From Candidatus Poribacteria bacterium (GTDB lineage Bacteria; Poribacteria; WGA-4E; PCPOR2b): 64,000 nucleotides of DNA. The stretch's first letter is position 1; every line of letters starts with the position of its first letter. The translations under genes and the position numbers were made by a program. Of this stretch, positions 38,312 to 48,948 are shown piece after piece. The stretch lies in the NCBI GenBank assembly GCA_965198175.1, contig OZ240245.1:3936001-4000000 (forward strand), given 5' to 3'. The notes beneath the pieces were generated by a model. It was not told where the DNA came from. It searched no databases and saw nothing but the letters and a program-made list of their open reading frames with translations.

Positions 38312-41035
38312 CTAGCCGCTCCGCCGTTTCCATATCGACACACTTCCAATCTCCACATCTGGTCCATACTTCGATCGAATATACTCAGCGACCAGTGGAA
38401 CTCTATCCACAGTTGGAATGCCATCCGGAGCGTTACCCCACCCGCTTCCCGTCTTGAAGATAACATACTTCGGCTTCGCTTGTTCTAGGTCCGCAATAAC
38501 TTCTTTCTGTAGTGGTTCAGGAGAAGCATAGACAACTAGAGGAAACCGTGTTGGGTTAGGTCTATCGGCAAGAAAATAATAGGCGCCCTGATTTGATAAG
38601 TCAAAGATTGGCTCAGCAGGTGTGGTATTTGCCTGAAGATATGCGACAACCCTCTCAATCTCCTTTGCTTGAGTAGGAGGGGTAAGAACACTTCCCACAC
38701 GTTCAATGCGAGGTTCAACGTACTCTTCATACTGCGGTGGTCTGGCTCCGTATTTCGTCAGACGCATCAATGCCCCTTCAGCGATTGCGAGTGGCTTGTA
38801 CAAATCGGCTTGAATATAGCAGAGAACTCCTGCCAGGATAACCAATGGGAAAGCAAACCGAAGAACACCTGTTGAGAACCAATGCACACTAGACACAGCG
38901 TTAGACAATTCTTTGGAATTATCTTCTGCTGATTCTGTTGGGTGCGATTTGCATGTGCGCAAGCCCCGTTCAAGGAAAAAGAAGCAGATGAGCCATAAAT
39001 ATGCCAAACTGAACGTAATGTGGTGCCAATCTGAACGGCCCAAAGCTGTACGGAAACAGATAATTCCAGCCAGTAGAACCAGTAGCAGTTTCCACTCCGT
39101 TATTCGTCCTTGATTGGCGATGGCATGAAACAGAAGGAAGGTCAAGGTCATCAAGTAAATAAGAACTGGGAAATACCACATAAATGGCTCACTTAAAATA
39201 AACTGGGAAAACGTAACGAGGGAAGTAACTTTTGAAAGTTCCGGCGATATGGAAATAAAGCGTGTTCCAAAGATTGGGACGTGGTAGACGGCTTGTATCC
39301 ACGACCCCTTTATCACATCGTCAATTGCGCCGTGTGCGCCAAAATAGATAAGGAACGGCAGAAAACCGATAAGCACGCCCAACTTATACGTGAGGAACGG
39401 CGACAGAAAGAATCTTTTTCCCTTTCTCCCATTTCTGTTTGGGAAAGCAGTCTCGGGCCACTCCCCCCGGTTGGAAATGAAGTCAAATATAAGCAGAAAG
39501 AGGCTGGACGCTGCCCATGTATATAAACCGACATCTAGACTGTTAAACACCGCCAGCGGTGTGCAGATTCCTGCCGAAATGAGGAGCGGTTTTCCAGACA
39601 TAACTCCTTTGTTCAACCAACGACACAGCAGCGCAATCGTGAGAAAGCCAAAGATATGTCTGTCTGTTGCTGGAAGGTACGCACGTGTAACACCTGTGTA
39701 CACTGATGTCCCAATCGCAATTAGAATGAAGACGAAAGTGAATAGATGGGCAGTGGATCGCCGCTGAAAAAATTGTAGTGCAAGCAGATAAAAACACACG
39801 TATCCCAGAGGATACACGAGATGATAAATGCGTCTATCTGCTTCAAGCGTCTCCCCGAAGAGTTTCATCCCGAGCAACGATTTGTAGGCATTATGAAAAA
39901 GCCCATGCAAGAGGCGTATATCTCGATACACAATTTCGCCCCGAAGCAGTTCGTTGACAACCCCTACTCGTTCCCCTTCGTGGAATAGATCAATCCCACC
40001 CGTATGCCACGCATGATTGAGACGGAAATTGCTATCATACAAAAAGACATAGATGAGCCCTGAAATCATGATGACATTCAGTACAGAGACGGCAACATGC
40101 GCCTCAAGGGCGCTGCTAGACGAACGAAGTTGAAAAAAAACGAGGATTTTCAAAACGACAAACGCTATGACGACTATAGCCGCCAGGATGGTTGCCGCGC
40201 CCTTGACTTCAAAGAGCACAGCCAGCAGCAGAAGTAGGAAGGTTGGAAAGTAAGTCACCGCATCACACCGGAGGACATCAGCGAAGCGGCAGCCCGTCAA
40301 ACCGCTTAACAACACCGAATAAACCAACCAGAGGGTCCATGTTCCCATGACCATAAAAAGCAACAACTCCCAACACTGGAGCGGTGTTATATCCTTTGGC
40401 CCCCCACGAATGAGCAGAAAAACTGCCAAACACACACCACTAGCGATTGGAATGCCGTGAAACCTCAAATTTTCTCTCGCCCAAAGCACAGAACCAACGC
40501 CAATTTCCGCAGTTGAGATATCTGCTTCCGGTTTATTAGTGTCTTTTCTTTTGATTGCTAACAGATGGAAAGCCAGAAGAAGCCCTTGAGCAATAAGGCA
40601 AAGCAGGAGAGGAATTCCCACAATTCCCATATGTGTGTTAGGCAAGTACCCCTTTTCCAACACTAACAGCAAGGGAAGATATGTGAATGCGTGTTGTCTC
40701 AAGATGCCTTCTTGAGATCGCTTCCCCCAGATCGCACAGAGCGTAGAAAACACAAGCCAGAATCCACAAGCCAAGAGAGTAAATAGCGGCACGAAAATCA
40801 TGGATGCCATGTAGTTTACAATTTCCTGACGCTTTAGATAATTATTTACTGAAACCCATCCCACAACCTCCGTCAATTCATCGAATCTTCTTTGGCTCAG
40901 AAACTGCAAATGTTCTTTGAAAGCGAAACTGAGTGCCAAAGCGAAGACAAAGCTGCTGAAGGCAACTATCGCCGTAAAAAGTTGGTTCCTAGGGTGTTGT
41001 GCGAGATTGAACGTATTACGGATGGCGTCGCGCAT
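38312..41035 (-). CDS. Large polytopic membrane protein, possibly GT-C glycosyltransferase-like
   Basis: Many TM segments; HEGE...GEIVYRD..HG and YYFLADR.NPTRF..L...PKYVI motifs seen in GT-C-like proteins. Confidence 0.6.
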   Translation of the reverse strand: MRDAIRNTFNLAQHPRNQLFTAIVAFSSFVFALALSFAFKEHLQFLSQRRFDELTEVVGWVSVNNYLKRQEIVNYMASMIFVPLFTLLACGFWLVFSTLCAIWGKRSQEGILRQHAFTYLPLLLVLEKGYLPNTHMGIVGIPLLLCLIAQGLLLAFHLLAIKRKDTNKPEADISTAEIGVGSVLWARENLRFHGIPIASGVCLAVFLLIRGGPKDITPLQCWELLLFMVMGTWTLWLVYSVLLSGLTGCRFADVLRCDAVTYFPTFLLLLLAVLFEVKGAATILAAIVVIAFVVLKILVFFQLRSSSSALEAHVAVSVLNVIMISGLIYVFLYDSNFRLNHAWHTGGIDLFHEGERVGVVNELLRGEIVYRDIRLLHGLFHNAYKSLLGMKLFGETLEADRRIYHLVYPLGYVCFYLLALQFFQRRSTAHLFTFVFILIAIGTSVYTGVTRAYLPATDRHIFGFLTIALLCRWLNKGVMSGKPLLISAGICTPLAVFNSLDVGLYTWAASSLFLLIFDFISNRGEWPETAFPNRNGRKGKRFFLSPFLTYKLGVLIGFLPFLIYFGAHGAIDDVIKGSWIQAVYHVPIFGTRFISISPELSKVTSLVTFSQFILSEPFMWYFPVLIYLMTLTFLLFHAIANQGRITEWKLLLVLLAGIICFRTALGRSDWHHITFSLAYLWLICFFFLERGLRTCKSHPTESAEDNSKELSNAVSSVHWFSTGVLRFAFPLVILAGVLCYIQADLYKPLAIAEGALMRLTKYGARPPQYEEYVEPRIERVGSVLTPPTQAKEIERVVAYLQANTTPAEPIFDLSNQGAYYFLADRPNPTRFPLVVYASPEPLQKEVIADLEQAKPKYVIFKTGSGWGNAPDGIPTVDRVPLVAEYIRSKYGPDVEIGSVSIWKRRSG

Positions 41036-41629
41036 ATTAAGACCTTAGTTCTTTAGCGCATCCTTGTGATGGTTTTTCTGAGTGATATAGTTATCCAGAT
41101 TTTACGGGATACGCAGGATTTGGTTTGCTAGAGGATCGATATGCAGTCTATCAGAAGATAAAAGGAGGGGTCAACATCAAAAAAATGACTTCTGTATGGT
41201 AATAATCCGTAATCGTCAAAAATCCTGCCAATAAAGACCAACTCGGCTTTAGACGAGTATGCAGGAAGATGTAGATTGCCCCCGTCCCGTGTGCATTATG
41301 TGCTTTACGAGTGACCCATTTGTATCGATCAAATTCCTGTAAAAAATAACGGAGTTGGAAAAGGATGGGCGAGACGCAATGATGAGGATGCGACATCCGG
41401 CAGAAGACGGAATCGCCCATGATTACGCCAATTATCGGAGTGTGCAAGGAAGGGGTGGATTAGCGCGTAAAATTATTTCTATATGAACTTCCCTCCGGAA
41501 AGCAACAGCTTGCACCGTGTAGCGAGGAACGTCTATGAATACGGCATGCACGTAATGGTTGAGTATCTCTAACAAGGAGCATAAAGAACAATCTCGTAGT
41601 TTGGTCAATGTTAGTTCCAGTTAACCAGC

Positions 41630-42412
41630 TCATTTCTCTCTTGCTTTAGCTTCTTCCCAAATTGCATCTAGTCCCGCCAGGTCATAGTCCTTGAAAGTTT
41701 GACCTCGGCTTTCAAGTTCAGTCTCCACGTGTTGAAAACGATTGACAAACTTGCGATTAGATTTCCGTAACGCCTCTTCTGCCTCAACCCCCAAAAAGCG
41801 GCACAGATTTACAATCGAAAACAGCAAATCTCCAATCTCCATTTCGATTGCTTCTTCATCCGCCGCTGTGATACTCGACTTAAGTTCTTGAATTTCTTCC
41901 TCGAGTTTTGGGAGCACATCAGAAACACACTCCCAATCAAAGCCGACGTGAGCGGCTTTGCGTTGAATCGCTTGCGCCCGCATTAGGCTTGGTAGATGGT
42001 TTGGAATCCCGTCGAGAACAGAGCGACGATCCTCGTAGCCTGCTTCGTTTCGTTTAATCTCTTCCCAATTCTTTAGCACTTCTTCTGTAGTCCCAACATT
42101 AATGTCGCCAAAAACATGGGGATGGCGGCGGACGAGTTTTTCCGTAATCGATTGGATGACTTCGTTGATGCTGAAAGCTCCACTGTCCTTGGCAATTTGC
42201 GCATGCAACATCACCTGCATGAGGAGGTCACCGAGCTCTTCCTGCAATTTCCTCGAATCTTTCGCATCAATTGTTTCGATTACTTCATAGACTTCCTCGA
42301 GTAAGTCTGGCTTCAATGTTTCGTGCGTCTGGGCTCTGTCCCACGGACAACCGTTCTCGCTGCGTAGCGTAGCAACCACCTGGACGAGCTTGTCAAATAA
42401 TTCCTTGTGCAT
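41630..42412 (-). CDS. mazG: Nucleoside triphosphate pyrophosphohydrolase MazG
   Basis: GCPWD..QT, EEVYE, EELGDLL, RRHPHVF, GFDW, EIGDLLF. Confidence 0.95.
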   Translation of the reverse strand: MHKELFDKLVQVVATLRSENGCPWDRAQTHETLKPDLLEEVYEVIETIDAKDSRKLQEELGDLLMQVMLHAQIAKDSGAFSINEVIQSITEKLVRRHPHVFGDINVGTTEEVLKNWEEIKRNEAGYEDRRSVLDGIPNHLPSLMRAQAIQRKAAHVGFDWECVSDVLPKLEEEIQELKSSITAADEEAIEMEIGDLLFSIVNLCRFLGVEAEEALRKSNRKFVNRFQHVETELESRGQTFKDYDLAGLDAIWEEAKAREK

Positions 42413-42617
42413 CGTTATACGAATACCCCTGAGAAAGTGTGCCTTTGTCCCAAACTGCCATCATTGATTGAACACAGTATTTCTCCCAAACAAGCTGACA
42501 GTATATTTGATTCCTACTGATTTATCATTATATCTGATTATAAACGTTTGTCAAGTTGGAAGTCCACAAAATCATTTATCGCGGATTTCTGAACATCACA
42601 GTGTGTATTGAAAATGA

Positions 42618-42646
42618 TTGACGCCCCCAATGAGGCATAGTAAAAT
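42618..42646 (+). promoter_or_regulatory. Sigma-70 promoter of LamG gene 1
   Basis: TTGACG-N17-TAAAAT, conserved at 43873-43902. Confidence 0.6.
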
Positions 42647-42961
42647 TATAAATACAAACAAATGATTTTTGGACAAATTTCAGTACGCCCGATAGCTGTT
42701 TCGATAATTACGCAATCGAGAGCACGTCAACTTGCCAACGGAAAACTAGTTGAGTTTCGTGCGAGCTTTACTGATTGACCGTACGCGCGCAAAATGGCCG
42801 CTCTCCCGCCGTTTCTGTCACAGCCCACTGTGAAATTGTCAAAACTTTAGTGAGTAGGGTATTTGCAGTTACCAAGCAATCTGCTAATTGTTAATAGTTA
42901 ACAATTGCTAATGATGGGAAGCGAATGTGACTGTCCCCCAAGATAAAGAGGAGGAATCGGA

Positions 42962-43753
42962 TTGAAATTTGCATTAACGATTCTACCCATGGTAATGGGT
43001 CTCGTTCTTTTTGGGTTGATAATATCCATGGAAAGCGACGCTATGATCGAAGCCTCTGGCGCTTGGCTTCTAGATGAAGCCAAAGGAGAAAAGGTAGAAG
43101 ACGTTTCCGGTAACGGCATTTCTGGGGAAATCCGGGGGGACTACAAATATGTTGAAGGCCAGTTCGGTGAGGCATTGGAATTTAACGGACAAAACACGCT
43201 TGTTCTGTTCGAGAATGACGATCCAGACCAAGCATTTGTCCTTCACCGTGACAAGGATGTCTCCTTGGTCTTTTGGGTAAAACCTTTTGATGTCGAGCAT
43301 AAAGCCATCTTCTGGACACGGGGTGATGGCATTGATGCAGATAGATTCAATATCCATTCAGGCGGCGGCCCAACCTTTGGTTTCGATTACAGGGAAGTGA
43401 ATGGGAATATTCACCAAGGACTCTACCAAAATGTAGCGCTTCTCACAAATGTATGGACGCATCTTGCGATTACGAGAGATGGAAATACCTACAGTACTTA
43501 TAATAATGGGAATCTAGTTTCGCGGGGAAAAGATCAGAATCCAGCACTGCCCCAAGCTACAAGTTGGATGATGTCTGGCAGACCCGATTTTATTTTTGAT
43601 GGGCATATTGACGAAGTTGCGATTTTCGAATCTGTTCTTAGTAGACATGACGTCACCAACATCATGGAAAATGGACTTGAAATAACCGCACTTGCCGTAG
43701 AACCGTCAGATAAACTCGCCACGGCTTGGGCACGGTTGAAGACCAATAGATAA
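42962..43753 (+). CDS. LamG/concanavalin-like domain protein 1
   Basis: Signal peptide, WLLDE..G...D.SGNG, WTHLAIT, G.IDEVAIF, tail AVEPSDKLATAWARLK; GAGGAGG RBS, TTG start. Confidence 0.88.
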   Translation: MKFALTILPMVMGLVLFGLIISMESDAMIEASGAWLLDEAKGEKVEDVSGNGISGEIRGDYKYVEGQFGEALEFNGQNTLVLFENDDPDQAFVLHRDKDVSLVFWVKPFDVEHKAIFWTRGDGIDADRFNIHSGGGPTFGFDYREVNGNIHQGLYQNVALLTNVWTHLAITRDGNTYSTYNNGNLVSRGKDQNPALPQATSWMMSGRPDFIFDGHIDEVAIFESVLSRHDVTNIMENGLEITALAVEPSDKLATAWARLKTNR

Positions 43754-43872
43754 TTGTGCTTTTGGGGTTTAATCTAAAGAATTTCCGAGAATCATGTTCC
43801 AGACCGTTTAGCGTTAACTCCCTAATTCTTCACCACCCTAGTCACAAATCACGACGGGTTCAGAAAAAATGA

Positions 43873-43902
43873 TTGACGCGCCCAATGAAAACATGGTAAA
43901 AT
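43873..43902 (+). promoter_or_regulatory. Sigma-70 promoter of LamG gene 2
   Basis: TTGACG-N18-TAAAAT with extended TG; paralogous to 42618. Confidence 0.6.
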
Positions 43903-44225
43903 TACAATTCTAAAAAGTTTTTGGGCGGTTTTCAGTATATAGGACAGTTGTTTCGATAATTGCGTGGTGGGCGTACGTTACCGTGACTACGGAAATTCAG
44001 TTAAACTCTTGTAGGTTGATTGTCTGTAGTTATGTGTAAGTATGTGTAAGATAGATGACTCAAGTGACCTCTACCATTTGCGGCACTGTCCGCTCTGAAA
44101 TTGTCTAAACTCTCTTTAGGTAGAGTATTGGCAGTTACCATACAATCTGTCAATTTTTAATAGTTAACTTGTAAATGATGGGACGCAAATGTGACTGTCC
44201 CCAACATAACGAGGAGGTAATCGAA

Positions 44226-45020
44226 ATGAAAGTTACATTAACGTTTCTATCCATGGTATTCGGTCTCGTTGTTTTCGGATTGATACTCACTATGGAAAGC
44301 GATGCAAAGATTGAAACCGCTGGCGCTTGGCTTTTGGATGAAGCTGATGGAGATAAGGTCGAAGACGCTTCTGGCAATGGCATTGATGGAGAAATTCAGG
44401 GTAAGCACGAATACGTTGAGGGCAAGTTTGGCGATGCGATGGAGTTTAATGGTGAGGACACGCTTGTTTACTTCGATAATGAAGATCCAGACCAGGCATT
44501 TGCGCTTCATCGTGACAAGGATGTTTCATTCATGTTTTGGGTGCAGCCTTTTGATGTCACCCATGATGGCATTTTCTGGACACGAGGCGATCCAAAGGGT
44601 GCTGATGCAGATAGATATAACATCTATTCAGGTCCCGGTGAAACCTTTGGATTCGACTACAGGGAAGTGGGTGGGGGTATTCATGGTCTCATCCAAGGAA
44701 TAGAGCTTCCCAACAAGAAATGGACCCACATTGCAGTCACGAGAGCAGGGAATACTTACAATTGTTACACCAACGGTAAGCAAGTTGGGCAGGCAAAGGA
44801 CCCCAGTCCAAAACTGCCTGAGATGACAAGCTGGATGATATCTGGCAGACCGGGATTTATTTTTAACGGGCTCATTGACGAACTTGCATTTTTCGACTCA
44901 GTCCTGAGTAATAATGACATTACCAACATCATGGATAATGGACTTGAAAAAGCCGCACTTTCTGTCGAGCCTTCAGCCAAACTCGCGACCGCGTGGGCGA
45001 CGATAAAAACGAGCAGGTAA
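44226..45020 (+). CDS. LamG domain protein 2 (close paralog of 1)
   Basis: Same motifs; tail SVEPSAKLATAWATIK. Confidence 0.88.
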   Translation: MKVTLTFLSMVFGLVVFGLILTMESDAKIETAGAWLLDEADGDKVEDASGNGIDGEIQGKHEYVEGKFGDAMEFNGEDTLVYFDNEDPDQAFALHRDKDVSFMFWVQPFDVTHDGIFWTRGDPKGADADRYNIYSGPGETFGFDYREVGGGIHGLIQGIELPNKKWTHIAVTRAGNTYNCYTNGKQVGQAKDPSPKLPEMTSWMISGRPGFIFNGLIDELAFFDSVLSNNDITNIMDNGLEKAALSVEPSAKLATAWATIKTSR

Positions 45021-45211
45021 TTTCGGTCTTGAGATTTTGCGGGAAGTATTTCTTGGAGTAAAGGTTCCAGACCGAAATGTTGAGCAGTTCAACCCGTCAG
45101 CGAGCTACTGGCAATTCACATGCCAGTAGCCGCTTATATTTTTCCAATTGGAACTTTCTTGCGTGACAAAAAATTAATTTTGTTCTCTGGTAGCCACGAT
45201 GGATAAACCTT

Positions 45212-45982
45212 ATGGCTATAAGTAAGTTGGTTTTATTGACCGCCGGCGTTCTCGTCCTCGGATTTATCCTTGGATCACAGTGCACCGCGAGGATTGATCC
45301 CAAGACCATCGTAGGCGTTTGGCTGCTTGATGAAGGACAAGGGGATGATGCTTCTGGAAATGAACGACACGGAAAACTTACCGGTAGGCCAAAGGTCGTT
45401 GAAGGGAAGTTTGGGACAGCGTTAAATCTTTCCGGCGAAGGTGATACCGTCAGGATTTCAGACTTAGCTCAATCCCTGCCCACGAAAGAAGTCACAATCA
45501 CGCTATGGGTTAAGATTGAGAAGCACGCGAATAATCCAGATGTATTCAGCCTAGACCCATGGGAGCCGGGTCGTGTTGCGGTTGCAATCTGGGACAAGCA
45601 GATGTTCTGGCATTTTGGTGTTGGGGGCAAATGGATTGTTATCCGCTTCATTGACGAGGAATGGGTCGGACAATGGAAGCACTGGACGTTCATAAATAAC
45701 GCTGAAGATAACTTCATGGCAGGATACGTTGATGGTGAAAAAGCAGCTAGGATTAAGGGGATTTCCGGCGAATACGCTCCGCGTGACGGCCACTTTCATA
45801 TCGGAGGCCGACCGGGATCGTCCTTTTCGGGCGCGATTGACGAATTCGCCATTTTTGATACTACCTTGAGCGAGGAGGACATCAAGATGATTGTTGACAA
45901 CGGACTCGCGCGCACGGCACTATTTGTGAACAACGCTGCTAAACTGGCTACGATATGGGGTGGACTTAAGGGGTCATTATAG
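45212..45982 (+). CDS. LamG domain protein 3
   Basis: WLLDEG, GKFG, WKH, GAIDEFAIF; tail VNNAAKLATIWGGLK. Confidence 0.87.
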   Translation: MAISKLVLLTAGVLVLGFILGSQCTARIDPKTIVGVWLLDEGQGDDASGNERHGKLTGRPKVVEGKFGTALNLSGEGDTVRISDLAQSLPTKEVTITLWVKIEKHANNPDVFSLDPWEPGRVAVAIWDKQMFWHFGVGGKWIVIRFIDEEWVGQWKHWTFINNAEDNFMAGYVDGEKAARIKGISGEYAPRDGHFHIGGRPGSSFSGAIDEFAIFDTTLSEEDIKMIVDNGLARTALFVNNAAKLATIWGGLKGSL

Positions 45983-46004
45983 CCGACGGTGGTAAGGAGT
46001 ATTT

Positions 46005-46880
46005 ATGGATTTGACAGAACGATTGTGCAAGACTACCATTGAAACCGGCGTACTGTGGAAGCGCATCATAGGCGCTACCGCGCCAAAATTGCTGGCGACA
46101 TTTACAATTGCACTGTTAATGAATGCTTGTGTGTGGGTGTTTTCACCTGTTGCTGAAGCGATTATCAAACTCGATTCGCTTGTGGTTGCGTTGCCATTTG
46201 ATGAAGGCGCAGGCAACAAAGCGAAGGACCTCTCGCCGCACGGTAATGATGGTCTTCTCGTGGAGGGCGCGAAATGGGGAGACGGAAAGTTTGGGAAATG
46301 CCTCCGCGTAAAGGAACCTAATCATGTCGAAGTTGCGAATAACGAAAGTTTCTGGTTGCATGACAAGGATTTCACACTAGCGATTACGATTAACTTCTCG
46401 CAGGAACCCGGTACCACTGGTTTAATTGCACACGATAACGGACTTGGCGCAGAGTCTTTTAAAGCTGTGTGGGAATTGTTGGGCGGTGTATTTAAGTTCC
46501 ACATCAATAACGGTGCAAATAACGTCGCGTGGGCTCAATCCGACTTTTTCGGTACACCGGAACTCAATCGATGGTATAGCGTCGTCCTAGTTAAGAAGGG
46601 TAAGACGTACACACATTATCTTGACGGCGAATTGTTCGGTGTAGACGAGAAAGACGAACCCATCCCTCAAGGTATCGAAAATCCACTAACGATTGGTATG
46701 GCGGAGCACACTTTCTATTTCCCCGGTTTTATTGACGAAGTCGTTGTCGCACACACGCCGTGGGCGCAGCAAGATGCACAACGGTATTTTGCAGGGGGTA
46801 TCCAAGGTGTTTTGGCGGTTCGGCCCGGTGGTAAGCTGGCAGGCACATGGGGCGGTCTCAAGTCGAACCGAAACTACTAG
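46005..46880 (+). CDS. LamG domain protein 4
   Basis: FDEGAG..AKD.S..GNDG, GKFG, G.IDEV; tail AVRPGGKLAGTWGGLK. Confidence 0.85.
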   Translation: MDLTERLCKTTIETGVLWKRIIGATAPKLLATFTIALLMNACVWVFSPVAEAIIKLDSLVVALPFDEGAGNKAKDLSPHGNDGLLVEGAKWGDGKFGKCLRVKEPNHVEVANNESFWLHDKDFTLAITINFSQEPGTTGLIAHDNGLGAESFKAVWELLGGVFKFHINNGANNVAWAQSDFFGTPELNRWYSVVLVKKGKTYTHYLDGELFGVDEKDEPIPQGIENPLTIGMAEHTFYFPGFIDEVVVAHTPWAQQDAQRYFAGGIQGVLAVRPGGKLAGTWGGLKSNRNY

Positions 46881-47149
46881 TAAAGCTGTCACCGCTGGAA
46901 GAGTGCATCGCGTAATTGCGTTACTACCGAACCTCATCATCAGAGAACTGAAAGGGGGTGTTGCCGGGATATCATCCATTTACCCTAAGGGAGATTTAAC
47001 AACGAACTAGGGTGTTGTCAAAGCGGAGACAATTCGCTGAAATTTGCTGTCCGGAATTTGCGCCGGATTGCTGATTACTGTCAATACATTTAGGGGACGT
47101 ACGTTGCACAGTTCCCAAATCCAAAACTAAAATGGAGGAAGTCAATTTA

Positions 47150-47944
47150 ATGAAAATCAGAATCGCAACACTAGGTTTAGCCTTTATCATGGCTTTCGGG
47201 TTAATGTTTGTCGGACAAAGCGATGCCGGGCTTGTTGGCGCTTGGCTGTTCGATGAAAACTCGGGCGATGTGGCCGGGGACCTTAGCGGCAACGGCAATG
47301 ATGGAATGTTAATGAATGGCGCCGGTTGGACCGATGGCATTAGGGGGTCTGCAGTCTCATTTCATGACCCCGATTCCCAATTCATTCTATTCAACGCCGA
47401 TGAAGATTCGGCAAAATCCTTTATTCTGCACGGTGATTCAGATGCAACCCTCGTAATGTGGTTACGTCCTACCGAACCACTTAGACACGGCTCCTGGGCG
47501 TGGACACGAGGCGATGACCAGGATGCCGGTCGATTTAATATCCACAACGGAGACGGTACCGTTTTCAGCTTCGACTATAGAGAAGACGACGGTAATCACC
47601 ACCCCACGGACTGGGGCGTGTTTAATGTGACGCTTACCGTAGGCGAGTGGACTCACGTCGCATTGACACGCGTCGGAAATGAATACACGCTCTGGGGAAA
47701 CGGCGCACAATCGGCGACGTGGGTAGACGAGAATCCGGTGGCTCTTTCCGCCAACGCATGGATAATCGGCTCGCCGCGGGGATGCTGTCCGCTGAACGGT
47801 GATGTTGACGAACTTGGGTTCTTTGATGCTGCGCTGACCGGGGATCAGATTGCCGCGGTCATGGGCGGTGTAGAGGCGCTCGGTGCGGTTGAATCGTCAG
47901 GCAAACTCGCCACGACGTGGGCACGGATTAAGGACCGCGACTAA
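47150..47944 (+). CDS. LamG domain protein 5
   Basis: WLFDE.SG, WTHVALT, G.VDEL; tail AVESSGKLATTWARIK. Confidence 0.88.
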   Translation: MKIRIATLGLAFIMAFGLMFVGQSDAGLVGAWLFDENSGDVAGDLSGNGNDGMLMNGAGWTDGIRGSAVSFHDPDSQFILFNADEDSAKSFILHGDSDATLVMWLRPTEPLRHGSWAWTRGDDQDAGRFNIHNGDGTVFSFDYREDDGNHHPTDWGVFNVTLTVGEWTHVALTRVGNEYTLWGNGAQSATWVDENPVALSANAWIIGSPRGCCPLNGDVDELGFFDAALTGDQIAAVMGGVEALGAVESSGKLATTWARIKDRD

Positions 47945-48420
47945 TCGTTGCGTCATGTCCAATAACTACCTTTCGGAGGTTCAATTCAACTTTGTCGTGA
48001 AAGATAATCTTCCTGAAGGGTGCAAACCTAGTGGAAGTTAACGCTTCAATTTTTTGTCTTTCCAACGTTTGTTGGATGCTTCAGACTTAAATATGGCATG
48101 GTGTGTTGAGTGGTTTTTGACGTGGCAACTCAACACACCAACCATGTTTTCTTTGATTTCCCGCCTACAACGAGTTTTAATTCCTGCGAAAACAGCCCAA
48201 CCTGTTAAAAAATCTAATCCGATACACTTTACGCGTCAAAACCCGCCTCGTGTTTTATCCATTTCTCACAGTATATAGCTTACCGATTCGAGACTAAAAA
48301 TTCGTCCAGAAGTTTTCCAAACGCTATACAACTCTCATCGAGATAAGGAAGAACCAGGTATATCTCACCTCGAATTGTTTGACCTGGGAGGTCGAGAGGG
48401 TTGTGTATTGGGTAAAACTG

Positions 48421-48449
48421 TTGACACCTTGCCTCCTGCATGTTATGAT
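48421..48449 (+). promoter_or_regulatory. Sigma-70 promoter
   Basis: TTGACA-N17-TATGAT with extended TG. Confidence 0.65.
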
Positions 48450-48485
48450 AGCTTCTGTGGAGAATGTAAGCCCTCGGAGGAAGAA

Positions 48486-48815
48486 ATGGAATATACCCTA
48501 AAAAGCTGCCAAGAACTTGTTGACGACTGGATTCAATCTGTTGGCGTCCGCTATTTTTCCGAGTTGACGAACACCGCCATTCTGATGGAAGAGGTTGGAG
48601 AAATGGCGCGGATTATGGCGCGCCAATACGGCGATCAGAGCTTTAAGGCGTCTGAGAAAGATGTCAATCTGGCGGAGGAGATGGCGGATGTGCTTTTTGT
48701 GCTGATTTGTCTGGCGAATCAGACGGGGGTGAATCTAGAAGATGCTTTCCGAAAGACGTTTGAGAAGAAGACAGAGCGGGATCGAAAACGACATCAGAAC
48801 AACCCGAAACTTTGA
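48486..48815 (+). CDS. MazG-like nucleotide pyrophosphohydrolase (YpjD type)
   Basis: YFSELTN.A.L.EEVGE.AR, EEMADVLFVLICLANQTG; GGAGG RBS. Confidence 0.9.
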   Translation: MEYTLKSCQELVDDWIQSVGVRYFSELTNTAILMEEVGEMARIMARQYGDQSFKASEKDVNLAEEMADVLFVLICLANQTGVNLEDAFRKTFEKKTERDRKRHQNNPKL

Positions 48816-48948
48816 CTCAACTGGGGTGACGTCTGTTTCGCTGTCCTTTTGAAAAAGATTCACCACGGATTGGACATCCGAAGTCTTGTAAAGAATAAAA
48901 CCTTGCGAAGATTTGTAGCCTTGTAGGGTTCAACAAGAATTCTATCAA

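Noticed and set aside
41151..41447. 98-aa ORF between the membrane protein gene and mazG
   Set aside because: No recognisable motif or RBS and a weak start; possibly decayed sequence.
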